A stretch of DNA of 32,000 nucleotides, taken from positions 2,610,001 through 2,642,000 of the forward strand of contig NC_022349.1 of NCBI RefSeq assembly GCF_000354175.2, in the 5' to 3' direction. A program made the translations under genes and the position numbers. Below, piece after piece: positions 9,245-18,854 of this stretch (positions are counted from its first letter, which is position 1; every line of letters starts with the position of its first letter). This stretch comes from Vibrio alginolyticus NBRC 15630 = ATCC 17749 (GTDB lineage: Bacteria; Pseudomonadota; Gammaproteobacteria; Enterobacterales; Vibrionaceae). Under the pieces are notes generated by a model. The model ran no database searches. It saw nothing but the letters and a program-made list of their open reading frames with translations, and was not told the origin of the DNA.

Positions 9245-10371
9245 CATTTTTAGCTTTCACTATGGACCAGGGAATTGGAGGACACTATTATAGTTTAAAA
9301 GCTCTTTCTGAACAGTATGTTGACTCAAAGGTAGTAATTATTGGTCATACAAAACCAAGGGTGAAATATGATAATCTTACTTTTATATCAATAAGAGATA
9401 ATGGATATTGTGGTGCCTTTAGTTTATTATATAAAATAATAAATGTAAACGATACATTACATTGTTTTGATGAGCATTCATTTAGCTTTGCTAGAGTCGT
9501 ATCTATCTTTAAAAATAATCCTTTAGTCCTTACTAAGTGTGGAGGTAAACCTTTACGTTACTATCCAAGGTGCTATTCTATATCAGTGTTTTCAAAAGAA
9601 GACCAAGAGCATTTTCATAATAAGAACGTTTCAAGTTATTTGATACCTAATAGAATCAATAGAAACGAAATTATGGCTCTTGTAAATGAAAGAACGAAGG
9701 ATAATTTGTTTTTCGAGCGTTCCTTTGAAAGAAGAGCAATATGCATTGCCCGAGTTGGAAGAAAGTATCGTAAAAAAATATTATCGGCAATTAATCTAAG
9801 TTATAAACTAAAAAAATTAGGACATGATCTTAGTGTAGATGTTGTTGGTGTATTGGAGGATGGGCATGTCTTAAGTGAATTAAAAGACTTGTGTAATTAT
9901 TTATCTATACAAGATCGAATATTTTTCCATACTGATAAAAAAGTTACGACGGATGCTGTACGCTGGTTACCTGATTTTGACTTTTCAATTGGTACAGGGC
10001 GAGGTGCTATGGAAGCCATGTGCTTAGGTGTTCTCACACTAGCTCCAGTCTCCAACTTGGATATACCAATTTTTGTTGATGACAATACTTTTGGTTCTTT
10101 ATTTGAAAAGAATTTCTCTGAAAGATCTGTTTCAACCCTCTCTGAGTCAGAAGCATTGACCAAGATATCTAATTTATTTACGAAGTCTGATTTTAATAGA
10201 GAGAGATTTTTCTATCAAAATATATTTAATGAATATTTTGATATATTGTCGGCACCAAAAAAATATGATGAAATATATTCAAAAGCTCAGCGGCAGAGTT
10301 TTTCTGGGATTGTTGATGTGTTTTGTAACTTCATTTACCTTAAGTATATAGAAAGGCAGAAGTTAAAATGA
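9238..10371 (+). CDS. Putative glycosyltransferase (divergent GT-B-like); otherwise hypothetical
   Basis: 377 aa, translationally coupled on both sides (overlaps at 9238..9244 and ATGA at 10368..10371). An N-terminal GIGGHYYS and a GTGRGAMEAMCLGVLTLAP segment resemble GT1/GT4 motifs, but the match is weak. Confidence 0.45.
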   Translation: MLTFLAFTMDQGIGGHYYSLKALSEQYVDSKVVIIGHTKPRVKYDNLTFISIRDNGYCGAFSLLYKIINVNDTLHCFDEHSFSFARVVSIFKNNPLVLTKCGGKPLRYYPRCYSISVFSKEDQEHFHNKNVSSYLIPNRINRNEIMALVNERTKDNLFFERSFERRAICIARVGRKYRKKILSAINLSYKLKKLGHDLSVDVVGVLEDGHVLSELKDLCNYLSIQDRIFFHTDKKVTTDAVRWLPDFDFSIGTGRGAMEAMCLGVLTLAPVSNLDIPIFVDDNTFGSLFEKNFSERSVSTLSESEALTKISNLFTKSDFNRERFFYQNIFNEYFDILSAPKKYDEIYSKAQRQSFSGIVDVFCNFIYLKYIERQKLK

Positions 10372-11582
10372 CAACAGTTTTATGGGGTTTGCTCTCTCTT
10401 TTATGGTTATTAAAAACTATATTAGTATCATATGATTCTGTTGCGATTGGTATTATTGTTCCATTAATAATTGATATTCTTGTGATATTGTTTTTGGTTG
10501 GAGGTGACCATTTTAGAAACACGTTAAATAAAGGTGGGATTTTTAAGGTTTTAATTTATGTAAACATTTTTTTGATTTTTTCTACTGCTATTGGTGTTAT
10601 TCAAGGATATTCTTTACTTACGTCTGTTTCTACTTATATTAGGCTTGTTACTTGTCAATGTATATTTATATTCGGTTGCCTATCATACTCTATTCCCAGA
10701 GTTAGAAAATGGTTTTTTGTAGTCGTTTTTTTATCAGTATTTATACACTTAATTGCTGGTGCTCTTGGGCCTGTACTTGCTCTAGGAGCAGAAGAAATTG
10801 ATGGTGTGGTAAGGTATTCCGGGTTGGCTGGGAAAATAAATATTTTGGCCAATTTTGCTCTATTTTTTGCTGTTTTATTTTATGTTTATTATGATTCATC
10901 AAAAAGTAATTTGACCCTGTTAGCATTCTTATTGTCTGTTTTTGTTGTGTTCGTTACAGGAACAGTAAAGAATGCTATTATTCTTATATTATTTATAAGT
11001 TACTTGTCTTTGGTAAAGTCTAATCGAAAAATCATTATCATTCCTTTGTTTTTTATTATTATTGTCCCTATCGGTATATATATATTTCAACATACTTCTA
11101 TCTCCGCTAGAGTGTCTGAATTTGTGGAAACAGGAATAAGTATTAATATTGAACAAGGAGAAAAAGTAGGGAACTCTTTTAACTGGAGGTTGATGCATTG
11201 GCGGTTGCTATTGTCTGACTGGTTTAATGAACATTTCTGGTTTGGAACTGGTTTAGGGCATTATGTGGTTTTGGATGCTTTAACAACTCAATCTGGTATT
11301 ACTTTTGATCCTCATAATGATTGGATTAAATTTTTGTTGGAGTTCGGCTTTTTGGGTTTTCTATTTTTTATTTATTTCTTATGGAGATTACTACAGTTTA
11401 CATTTTATCTTTCTAATAAAGATCCTCTATCGAAGGGTGTTTTTTACTCATTGTGTGCTAGTCTAATCGCCATGCTCTCTGCTAATGTGGTATATAGTTT
11501 ACCTATATTTTATTATTTTTGGGCTTTATTAGGTTTTAGTTATTATAAGGGGTTAACTAATAACGAAGACAATTCCAACTAA
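10368..11582 (+). CDS. wzy: O-antigen polymerase (Wzy) / O-antigen-ligase-domain integral membrane protein
   Basis: 404 aa and highly hydrophobic with more than 10 predicted TM segments. A periplasmic loop (NWRLMHWRLLLSDWFNEHFWFGTGLGHY) resembles the Wzy_C/O-antigen ligase domain. It is the only polymerase candidate next to wzx, but a WaaL-type ligase cannot be excluded. Confidence 0.65.
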   Translation: MTTVLWGLLSLLWLLKTILVSYDSVAIGIIVPLIIDILVILFLVGGDHFRNTLNKGGIFKVLIYVNIFLIFSTAIGVIQGYSLLTSVSTYIRLVTCQCIFIFGCLSYSIPRVRKWFFVVVFLSVFIHLIAGALGPVLALGAEEIDGVVRYSGLAGKINILANFALFFAVLFYVYYDSSKSNLTLLAFLLSVFVVFVTGTVKNAIILILFISYLSLVKSNRKIIIIPLFFIIIVPIGIYIFQHTSISARVSEFVETGISINIEQGEKVGNSFNWRLMHWRLLLSDWFNEHFWFGTGLGHYVVLDALTTQSGITFDPHNDWIKFLLEFGFLGFLFFIYFLWRLLQFTFYLSNKDPLSKGVFYSLCASLIAMLSANVVYSLPIFYYFWALLGFSYYKGLTNNEDNSN

Positions 11583-11815
11583 GATGTATCATTAAAGCAT
11601 ATCATATGGTGATGCCAGTGTTTATATATGGCTAATGATTTAACCAAAATTATAAGTGCTTAGATATTGCTATTAACTAAAACTTATAAAGATACTCATT
11701 ATGGACGATGAACTTGCTTAGTGCTCTACTCGGTATTTTATTAAAGTGATTTGGAAGTATCACATGCTAAAAGTAAGATGAGCTATTGAAATCGTAACTT
11801 TACTTAAGTGAAAAC

Positions 11816-13942
11816 GTGAAATATTTGAATGAAACAATGATAAATAAAATTATAGCAGCTACATTGGTAAGTGGGACTTTATTTTCTTTCTCTCAATGTG
11901 CATATGCAGAAACTCCAGCTATATTAGTAAAAGAATTACCTTCTAACCAAAGTTTTACTGGTTTGACTTTTATACCCAATGCCCAAGTTCAAAACTACGG
12001 GAGCTTTGGCTTTGACTTTGCACATGGGTTACCGCTTAGGAATAACGTCTCTGATATAGAGTCTTTAACGTTCTCTCTCGGACTAATCGAAGGGTTAGAG
12101 GCACAAGGCCGAATCGTGACTGAAGACTATAGTTCTAATGGGTTTGTTGTGGGGAGTGTTAGAGACCTATCAGCCTCTTTTAAGTATCAACTTCCTTTTT
12201 TTAAAGATTTTAATAAACTCAAGTTGGCAGTTGGCGTGCAAGATCTTGGAGGAGAGTTAAACTACTTTAATACGAATTATATAGTTGCTGACTACTCTTT
12301 CGATTTTGCTCCAGTTCGAATGTCGTTGGGGTATGGTCAGTCAGACATTCCGCTTGGTGTTATGGATGGCCCATTTGGTGGTGTTGAGTACCAACCATTC
12401 AATTTCATTCAGTTGGTAGGTGAGTACGACTCAGAAGAGTTTAATTCTTCAGTAAAGATTTTTACGCCAAAAGAGCTGCTCCCGTATGATATAACAGCTT
12501 CTCTTAGTTATCAGGTCTATTCAGGCCATGACACTGATACTAAAAATGTATGGAATGCCGCTTTTTCAATCCCTCTGATATCTGATTACACACGCTCAGT
12601 TAGCTTTTCTCAAAGCGATATGTCTTTGAGAGATAAGCTTTTTGTAGAACAGAAGAAGTTTCAAGATGCTTCGATCTCAACTTTGGTGAGTGCGTTAAAA
12701 AACGAAGGTTTCGTTAATGTTCAAGTGGGGTTAGTCAATGGTAGAGTCGTGGTGGCTTTAGAGAACCGTCGATACAACCATAATCAAGCAGATGGATTAG
12801 GTGTAGCTCTGGGGATTGTATCGAGTCATTTTGGTCAAAATGCAGCGCAAGATATTGGCGCTGCATCGGATCAATTTGAACTTGTGATGCTTGCCAACCA
12901 AAAACCAGTGGTCAGCGTTTTGTCTAACTCTAACTGTTACCAAAGTTTTGTCAATGGTAGCGCAGCTTGTGATGACATTCAGTTTATCACGCGCGATTTG
13001 TCGGAAAGATTAGACATGGTTGATTGGAAAACGGAGCGAGTTAATTCAGGCACTTTAGATTCGCAGATAGTACTTTCCCCTATGGTAAGGCATGGCGTAG
13101 CAACCGAGTACGGTGTGTATGATTACTCTTTTGCCATGTCCAGCAACTTATACACCTACCTATGGTCTGGCGCGGCAATAGATGTTCGTCATATTTTACC
13201 TTTAGCAGAAAGTGATGATTTTGAAGAGGGTGGGTATTTCGAAGACAGCGCGTATGAGAGCGAGATTGATCGTGTAATGGTGCATCAGTTCTTCCGTTTA
13301 CCATATGTCGATATTGCTAACCAGGTCTCTCTAGGCTTGGTTAAGTCGGATTATATCGGTGCGCGTAGCGAATCAGCTTGGTTCTCTCAATCGGGTAACC
13401 ATGAGTTGGGACTAGAGATGAGCTACTTCCAACATCAAGACGAAAAAGACAAAAATGGTTATGCGAATCCAGATCGCCAAACCTTTTTAACTCGTTACAC
13501 ATTCTCCATGCCAGAGTGGGATTGGCAGTTTAACGCAACTGCTGGCGAGTTTTGGAAAGGGGATGTTGGCGCAAAATTCACGACCTCACATTGGTTTGAA
13601 GACATAGAAGTATCTGCAAGTTATCAGGTGACAAAGTTTAACGATACAGACGAAGAGCAGTTTGTCACTGTGTCGGTAAAGCTGCCATTAACGCCATGGC
13701 GTGATATGTCTCCGGGAGTGATACAAGTTCGTGGTAACGAGGCTTATGATTTCAACGTTACGACGCGAGTTGGCAACGATTATAATTACTTAGCGGCAGG
13801 CCAAGGGGATGAACTTGTGATGGATAATAGCATGCTTCGTCGCTACTTTAACCGAGGCCGTTATGGCCAAGAGTACTTTGAGCAGAACAAGCTGCGCATT
13901 CGCAACGCGTATTTGCGTTATTTGGGTTCTCAGTTAAATTAA
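11816..13942 (+). CDS. YjbH/GfcD/WbfB-family outer-membrane polysaccharide-associated protein
   Basis: About 700 aa. The signal peptide MINKIIAATLVSGTLFSFSQCAYA-ET argues for a start at ATG 11837. The LKLAVGVQDLGGELNYFNTNYIVADY segment resembles the conserved DxGG..Y.VA block of YjbH-like proteins. Composition is beta-rich and aromatic-rich, and GC returns to the core-genome level here. Confidence 0.55.
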   Translation: MKYLNETMINKIIAATLVSGTLFSFSQCAYAETPAILVKELPSNQSFTGLTFIPNAQVQNYGSFGFDFAHGLPLRNNVSDIESLTFSLGLIEGLEAQGRIVTEDYSSNGFVVGSVRDLSASFKYQLPFFKDFNKLKLAVGVQDLGGELNYFNTNYIVADYSFDFAPVRMSLGYGQSDIPLGVMDGPFGGVEYQPFNFIQLVGEYDSEEFNSSVKIFTPKELLPYDITASLSYQVYSGHDTDTKNVWNAAFSIPLISDYTRSVSFSQSDMSLRDKLFVEQKKFQDASISTLVSALKNEGFVNVQVGLVNGRVVVALENRRYNHNQADGLGVALGIVSSHFGQNAAQDIGAASDQFELVMLANQKPVVSVLSNSNCYQSFVNGSAACDDIQFITRDLSERLDMVDWKTERVNSGTLDSQIVLSPMVRHGVATEYGVYDYSFAMSSNLYTYLWSGAAIDVRHILPLAESDDFEEGGYFEDSAYESEIDRVMVHQFFRLPYVDIANQVSLGLVKSDYIGARSESAWFSQSGNHELGLEMSYFQHQDEKDKNGYANPDRQTFLTRYTFSMPEWDWQFNATAGEFWKGDVGAKFTTSHWFEDIEVSASYQVTKFNDTDEEQFVTVSVKLPLTPWRDMSPGVIQVRGNEAYDFNVTTRVGNDYNYLAAGQGDELVMDNSMLRRYFNRGRYGQEYFEQNKLRIRNAYLRYLGSQLN

Positions 13943-13979
13943 GTTCTTGTCGCGAGTTTGAGCTTTCTAATTATTCACC

Positions 13980-14006
13980 ACACTCTACCGAGAGTGTCGG
14001 TGTTTT
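13980..14006 (+). terminator. Hairpin (ACACTCT-accg-AGAGTGT) followed by a T-rich tail; possible terminator or attenuator before ugd
   Basis: 7-bp perfect stem read directly from the sequence, followed by cggtgttttg. Confidence 0.4.
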
Positions 14007-14042
14007 GATATGCTAGCGTCAGTTAAATAATAGGAAATAAAA

Positions 14043-15209
14043 ATGAAAATTGCTGTAGCAGGCACGGGCTACGTCGGTTTGTCCAATGCCATGTTATTGT
14101 CACAAAACCATGAGGTTGTGGCGGTTGATATTATCCAAGAAAAAGTGGACTTGTTGAATGACAAGAAATCTCCAATTGTTGATGCGGAAATCGAACATTT
14201 CCTTGCAAACAAAGAACTCAACTTTATCGCGACGATAGATAAAGAGCTGGCTTACAAAGACGCGGAGTTTGTTGTTATTGCCACACCTACGGATTATGAC
14301 CCTCAAACGAACTACTTTAATACTTCTTCAGTTGAAGCAGTGATTAAAGATGTGATGGCAATTAATCCAGATGCAGTTATGGTGATTAAGTCGACTGTAC
14401 CTGTGGGTTATACTGCGCGCATTAAAGAGGAACTCGGTTGTCAGAATGTTATGTTCTCTCCGGAGTTTCTTCGCGAAGGCAAAGCTCTTTACGATAACCT
14501 ACACCCGTCTCGCATCATCGTTGGAGAGCGCAGCGAACGTGCAGAGAAGTTCGCTAACCTTTTGGTCGAAGGTGCGGTAAAAGAAGACATCTCGGTTCTG
14601 TTTACTGACTCTACAGAAGCAGAAGCGGTTAAGTTGTTCTCAAACACGTATCTTGCGATGCGCGTAGCTTATTTCAATGAGTTAGATTCGTATGCTGAAG
14701 CTCATAATCTTGACGCTCGCCAAATTATTGAAGGTGTTGGCTTAGACCCTCGTATTGGCAATCACTACAACAACCCGTCATTCGGTTATGGTGGTTACTG
14801 CTTACCAAAAGATACAAAGCAATTGTTAGCAAACTACCAAGAAGTTCCTAACAACATCATTGGTGCAATCGTTGATGCAAACCGCACGCGTAAAGATTTT
14901 ATTGCAGACTCAATTATCAAACGCCAGCCAAAAGTGGTGGGTATCTACCGCTTAATTATGAAGTCTGGTTCAGATAACTTCCGCGCTTCGTCAATTCAAG
15001 GCATTATGAAGCGTATTAAAGCGAAAGGTATTGAAGTAGTGGTGTACGAGCCAGTACTTCAGGAAGATGAGTTTTTCCACTCTGTCGTTATCCGCGATCT
15101 TGAAGAGTTCAAACAAGTGTCAGATGTTATTGTTTCTAACCGCATGGTTGAAGAACTTGCTGATGTGGCTGATAAAGTTTATACCAGAGACCTGTTTGGT
15201 AGCGACTAA
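14043..15209 (+). CDS. ugd: UDP-glucose 6-dehydrogenase
   Basis: 388 aa with an N-terminal [16 protein letters not shown] Rossmann motif. The GGYCLPKDT catalytic-Cys motif and overall length are typical of Ugd. Confidence 0.92.
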   Translation: MKIAVAGTGYVGLSNAMLLSQNHEVVAVDIIQEKVDLLNDKKSPIVDAEIEHFLANKELNFIATIDKELAYKDAEFVVIATPTDYDPQTNYFNTSSVEAVIKDVMAINPDAVMVIKSTVPVGYTARIKEELGCQNVMFSPEFLREGKALYDNLHPSRIIVGERSERAEKFANLLVEGAVKEDISVLFTDSTEAEAVKLFSNTYLAMRVAYFNELDSYAEAHNLDARQIIEGVGLDPRIGNHYNNPSFGYGGYCLPKDTKQLLANYQEVPNNIIGAIVDANRTRKDFIADSIIKRQPKVVGIYRLIMKSGSDNFRASSIQGIMKRIKAKGIEVVVYEPVLQEDEFFHSVVIRDLEEFKQVSDVIVSNRMVEELADVADKVYTRDLFGSD

Positions 15210-15227
15210 TCAAAATGACATTATAAT

Positions 15228-15260
15228 AAGCCAGTCGTAGTGACTGGCTTTCGTTTTATT
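15228..15260 (+). terminator. Rho-independent terminator or attenuator between ugd and the epimerase gene
   Basis: AAGCCAGTC-gtagt-GACTGGCTT (9-bp perfect stem) followed by tcgttttatt. It overlaps the 5' extension of track ORF 15240, which supports the later ATG start. Confidence 0.6.
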
Positions 15261-15275
15261 AAGGTAATCAATCTG

Positions 15276-16280
15276 ATGAAATACTTAGTGACAGGTGCGG
15301 CCGGTTTTATTGGTAGTGCAACCGTAGAGAAGCTAAATGCTGCAGGGAATGAAGTTGTTGGTATCGACAATCTAAACGATTATTACGATGTAAACTTGAA
15401 GCTTGCTCGATTGTCCCGTATTGAACATCCTATGTTCAAGTTTTTGAACGTTGATATTGCTGATCGCTCTGTGATGGAAACACTCTTCTCGACAGAGAAA
15501 TTTGATCGTGTTATTCATTTGGCCGCGCAAGCTGGCGTACGTTACTCTTTGGAAAACCCTCATGCTTACGCAGACTCTAACCTAGTAGGACATTTGAATA
15601 TCCTTGAAGGTTGTCGTCAAAATGATGTTAAGCACTTAGTGTATGCATCATCTAGTTCTGTATATGGCTTAAATGCCAAGGTACCATTTGCTACATCTGA
15701 TAGTGTTGATCACCCGGTGTCACTGTATGCGGCAACCAAAAAGTCTAATGAGCTAATGGCTCATAGTTATTCGCATCTATACGATATTCCGACCACAGGC
15801 CTGCGTTTCTTTACCGTTTACGGTTCATGGGGACGCCCTGATATGGCTCCTTTTATTTTCACTAAAAAGATTCTTGATGGTGAAACCATTGATATTAATA
15901 ACAATGGTGATATGTGGCGCGACTTTACTCATGTTGATGATATTGTCGAAGGTGTGGTTCGTATTTCGGATGTGTTGCCTGCACGTAATGATAGCTGGAC
16001 CGTTGAAGATGGTACTCCTGCAAGTAGCTCTGCGCCTTACGCCGTTTATAACATAGGCCATGGTTCACCGATTAACCTAATGGATTTTGTTAAAGCGATT
16101 GAAGATGAACTGGGTATTGAAGCTAAGAAAAACTTCCGAGAAATGCAACCCGGTGATGTCTATCAAACCTATGCGGATACAGAAGACTTATTTTCTGCGA
16201 CTGGCTACAAACCAAAAGTAACTGTAAAAGAAGGAGTTGCTGAGTTTGTCTCTTGGTATAAAGAGTTTTACAACAAATAA
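15276..16280 (+). CDS. NAD-dependent sugar-nucleotide epimerase, most likely UDP-glucuronate 4-epimerase (UDP-GalA synthesis)
   Basis: Start MKYLVTGAAGFIGS (GxxGxxG). The SSSSVYG..YAATK catalytic Ser/Tyr/Lys pattern marks an extended SDR. About 334 aa and directly downstream of ugd, as in Cap1J/LpsL-type epimerases. The track ORF begins at GTG 15240, but ATG 15276 fits better. Confidence 0.75.
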   Translation: MKYLVTGAAGFIGSATVEKLNAAGNEVVGIDNLNDYYDVNLKLARLSRIEHPMFKFLNVDIADRSVMETLFSTEKFDRVIHLAAQAGVRYSLENPHAYADSNLVGHLNILEGCRQNDVKHLVYASSSSVYGLNAKVPFATSDSVDHPVSLYAATKKSNELMAHSYSHLYDIPTTGLRFFTVYGSWGRPDMAPFIFTKKILDGETIDINNNGDMWRDFTHVDDIVEGVVRISDVLPARNDSWTVEDGTPASSSAPYAVYNIGHGSPINLMDFVKAIEDELGIEAKKNFREMQPGDVYQTYADTEDLFSATGYKPKVTVKEGVAEFVSWYKEFYNK

Positions 16281-16283
16281 TAA

Positions 16284-16306
16284 ATAGCGAGCTGAGTGCT
16301 CGCTAT
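16284..16306 (+). terminator. Hairpin ATAGCGAGC-tgagt-GCTCGCTAT after the epimerase gene (weak terminator or processing site)
   Basis: 9-bp perfect stem seen directly; the downstream T-tract is poor (tggttgagtt). Confidence 0.35.
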
Positions 16307-16328
16307 TGGTTGAGTTAGGTTTAATAAA

Positions 16329-17207
16329 ATGATTAAAAAGTGTTTATTCCCTGCGGCGGGTTACGGTACACGTTTCCTTCCTGCGACTAAGTCGATGCCG
16401 AAAGAAATGATGCCAGTGGTAAACAAGCCATTGATTGAATACGGTGTTGAAGAGGCGATTGAAGCCGGTATGGATGGTATGTGCATCGTCACTGGTCGTG
16501 GTAAGCACTCGTTAATGGATCACTTTGATAAAAACTACGAGCTAGAGCATCAAATTAGCGGTACAAGTAAAGAAGCGCTGCTTGATGATATTCGTTCTTT
16601 GATTGATTCTGCGAGTTACACTTACATCCGTCAGCGTGAAATGAAAGGCTTAGGTCACGCTATTCTTACGGGACGTGAATTGGTCGGTGATGAACCGTTT
16701 GCTGTTGTGCTTGCGGATGACCTATGTGTGAATGGGGACAAAGGCGTTCTAGCGCAAATGGTTGAGCTGTACAAACAGTTCCGCTGTTCAATCGTTGCGG
16801 TACAAGAAGTGCCGGAATCAGAAACGCATAAATACGGTGTGATTGCTGGCGAGATGATCAAAGATGATATCTTCCGCATTGATAACATGGTTGAAAAGCC
16901 AGAGCCAGGCACTGCACCTAGCAATCTAGCGATTATTGGTCGCTACATTCTGACACCTGATATCTTTGAACTGATTGAAAATACAGAGCCAGGTAAAGGT
17001 GGTGAGATTCAAATCACCGATGCGCTGATGCAACAAGCTCAATCTGGTTGTGTTTTGGCATACAAATTTAAAGGTCAGCGCTTTGATTGCGGTAGCGTAG
17101 AAGGCTACATTGAAGCCACAAATTACTGCTACGAGAACCTTTATAAGAAAGATTCCAGTGCGGAGCTCGCGAAAAAGCCAACCGTGAAAATTGCTGAGCC
17201 AGCGTAA
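16329..17207 (+). CDS. galU: UTP--glucose-1-phosphate uridylyltransferase
   Basis: KCLFPAAGYGTRFLPATKSMPKEMMPVVNKPLIEY is the hallmark GalU N-terminus; 292 aa. Confidence 0.93.
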   Translation: MIKKCLFPAAGYGTRFLPATKSMPKEMMPVVNKPLIEYGVEEAIEAGMDGMCIVTGRGKHSLMDHFDKNYELEHQISGTSKEALLDDIRSLIDSASYTYIRQREMKGLGHAILTGRELVGDEPFAVVLADDLCVNGDKGVLAQMVELYKQFRCSIVAVQEVPESETHKYGVIAGEMIKDDIFRIDNMVEKPEPGTAPSNLAIIGRYILTPDIFELIENTEPGKGGEIQITDALMQQAQSGCVLAYKFKGQRFDCGSVEGYIEATNYCYENLYKKDSSAELAKKPTVKIAEPA

Positions 17208-17250
17208 GTCGGAACTTTCTATTAGGTACTCCGACGGTACAACACAAACA

Positions 17251-17285
17251 AAAAGGGATGCATGATGCATCCCTTTGTTATTTCT
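17251..17285. terminator. Bidirectional rho-independent terminator between the convergent genes galU and tpiA
   Basis: aAAAGGGATGCA-tga-TGCATCCCTTTgttatttct: an 11-bp stem with an A-run on one side and a T-run on the other. Confidence 0.75.
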
Positions 17286-17304
17286 ACTCTCAGTAAAAAC
17301 GAGA

Positions 17305-18075
17305 TTAAGCTTTTGCTTTAGCCGCTGCTTTAGCGATTGCTGCGAAGCTTTTAGCGTCTAGAGAAGCACCGCCAACGAGAGCGCCGTCGATGTCTGGTTG
17401 TGAGAAGTAAGCTTCAGCGTTTTCTGGCTTAACAGAACCACCGTATTGGATGATTACTTGTGCTGCAACTGCTTCGTCTTTTGCTGCGATTAGTGCGCGG
17501 ATAGAAGCGTGGATGCGTTGTGCATCTTCAGCTGTTGCTGCTTTACCAGTACCGATAGCCCAGATTGGTTCGTAAGCGATGATTGCGCCGTTTAGAGCTT
17601 CAACACCGTAAGTGTCGATAACTGCGTTGATTTGACGGGCACATACTGCTTCAGTTTCGCCAGCTTCGTTTTGCGCTTCAGATTCACCGATACAGAAAAC
17701 AGGTGTTAGACCGTTTTCTTTTAGGAAGTTGAATTTCTTAGCGATGAACTCGTCAGATTCGTTGTGGTATTCACGACGCTCTGAGTGACCGATGATGATG
17801 TGAGTAGCACCGAAATCTTTCAGCATTTCTGGAGACATATCGCCAGTGAACGCACCGCTGTTGTTTAGGTCAGTGTTTTGAGCACCTAGGATGATCTTGT
17901 TACCGCCTTCAGCGATTACGCGCTCTGCTAGGTCGATGTAAAGTGCTGGTGGAGCGACTGCTACGTCAACACCTTCAACGCCTTCAAGTTCAGCGTTAAG
18001 ACCAGTTAGCAGCTCAGTTACCATTGCTTTGCTGCCGTTTAGTTTCCAGTTACCCATCACTACAGGACGACGCAT
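17305..18075 (-). CDS. tpiA: Triosephosphate isomerase
   Basis: [14 protein letters not shown].., IIGHSERR and [11 protein letters not shown] motifs. The true start is ATG at 18075 (AAGGGAG Shine-Dalgarno upstream), giving 256 aa; the track ORF extends 12 codons further to 18111. Confidence 0.95.
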   Translation of the reverse strand: MRRPVVMGNWKLNGSKAMVTELLTGLNAELEGVEGVDVAVAPPALYIDLAERVIAEGGNKIILGAQNTDLNNSGAFTGDMSPEMLKDFGATHIIIGHSERREYHNESDEFIAKKFNFLKENGLTPVFCIGESEAQNEAGETEAVCARQINAVIDTYGVEALNGAIIAYEPIWAIGTGKAATAEDAQRIHASIRALIAAKDEAVAAQVIIQYGGSVKPENAEAYFSQPDIDGALVGGASLDAKSFAAIAKAAAKAKA

Positions 18076-18344
18076 AGGAATATCTCCCTTATCTTTAATG
18101 TAAATAGTCAATTAATGTAAAAAATCTACGTAGGAATATAACAGAATAATGTGAACAGATCATGATTGGCGTCATGTCTTGTCCGGCTTTCTTTACTGAT
18201 TCGACCAAGCATCGATCCTGTTATTTTTGTCAAAAGCAACCGATTGGTGATCGCGTAGACAGAATGATAGTTCATTCCTCGGAAATTGCTGCTGAGATTG
18301 GTATTACTACGCGCTGGAATTAATTGTTGTAGAAAGGAATCAAA

Positions 18345-18692
18345 ATGCCAAATCTCGTTTTAGAGTATTCAAACTCGGTGGAAGAACGCGTCAATGTTCA
18401 GGGGTTGCTGGAGGATTTACATAAAACGGCGTTAGAAAGTGGCCTCTTTGAACTCGCGTCAGTGAAATCTAGAACGCTCCGGTGCCACAATTGGTTAATA
18501 GGAGAGGAGGGTGATAGCCTCGACTTTATCCATATCAACTTTGATTTGTTATCTGGTCGCTCCCAAGAACAAAAGCGAGAACTGTCACGAGCCTTGATGG
18601 CGACACTTCAAGAGCAAGCTAGTCACGTGCACAGTTTAACGGTCAATATCCGAGACATGGATATAGATAGCTTCCAAAAGGTAGTGAACTAG
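18345..18692 (+). CDS. 5-carboxymethyl-2-hydroxymuconate isomerase-like (CHMI/tautomerase superfamily) protein
   Basis: 115 aa. The MPNLVLEYSNSV.. N-terminus with Pro at position 2, and the overall pattern, recall the CHMI family. Confidence 0.65.
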   Translation: MPNLVLEYSNSVEERVNVQGLLEDLHKTALESGLFELASVKSRTLRCHNWLIGEEGDSLDFIHINFDLLSGRSQEQKRELSRALMATLQEQASHVHSLTVNIRDMDIDSFQKVVN

Positions 18693-18854
18693 GTGGTGCT
18701 GGATTGCCCGAGAATAGCGAGAGGTTATTGTTACGAATTCTCAGCCTGGCTCTGCTTGTTATATGGGCGTTGTGGGCACCCAAGCTATCGGTGTCCTTTC
18801 CAAACTATATCGACTCGGCTAATCTATAACCTTTCTACTTTGGGGTAAAATTTG

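Noticed and set aside
10368-11582. Considered calling the 404-aa membrane protein a WaaL O-antigen ligase.
   Set aside because: The motif cannot distinguish Wzy from WaaL. Wzy is preferred because the gene sits in the variable cassette beside wzx and no other polymerase candidate exists. The ambiguity is kept in the feature confidence.
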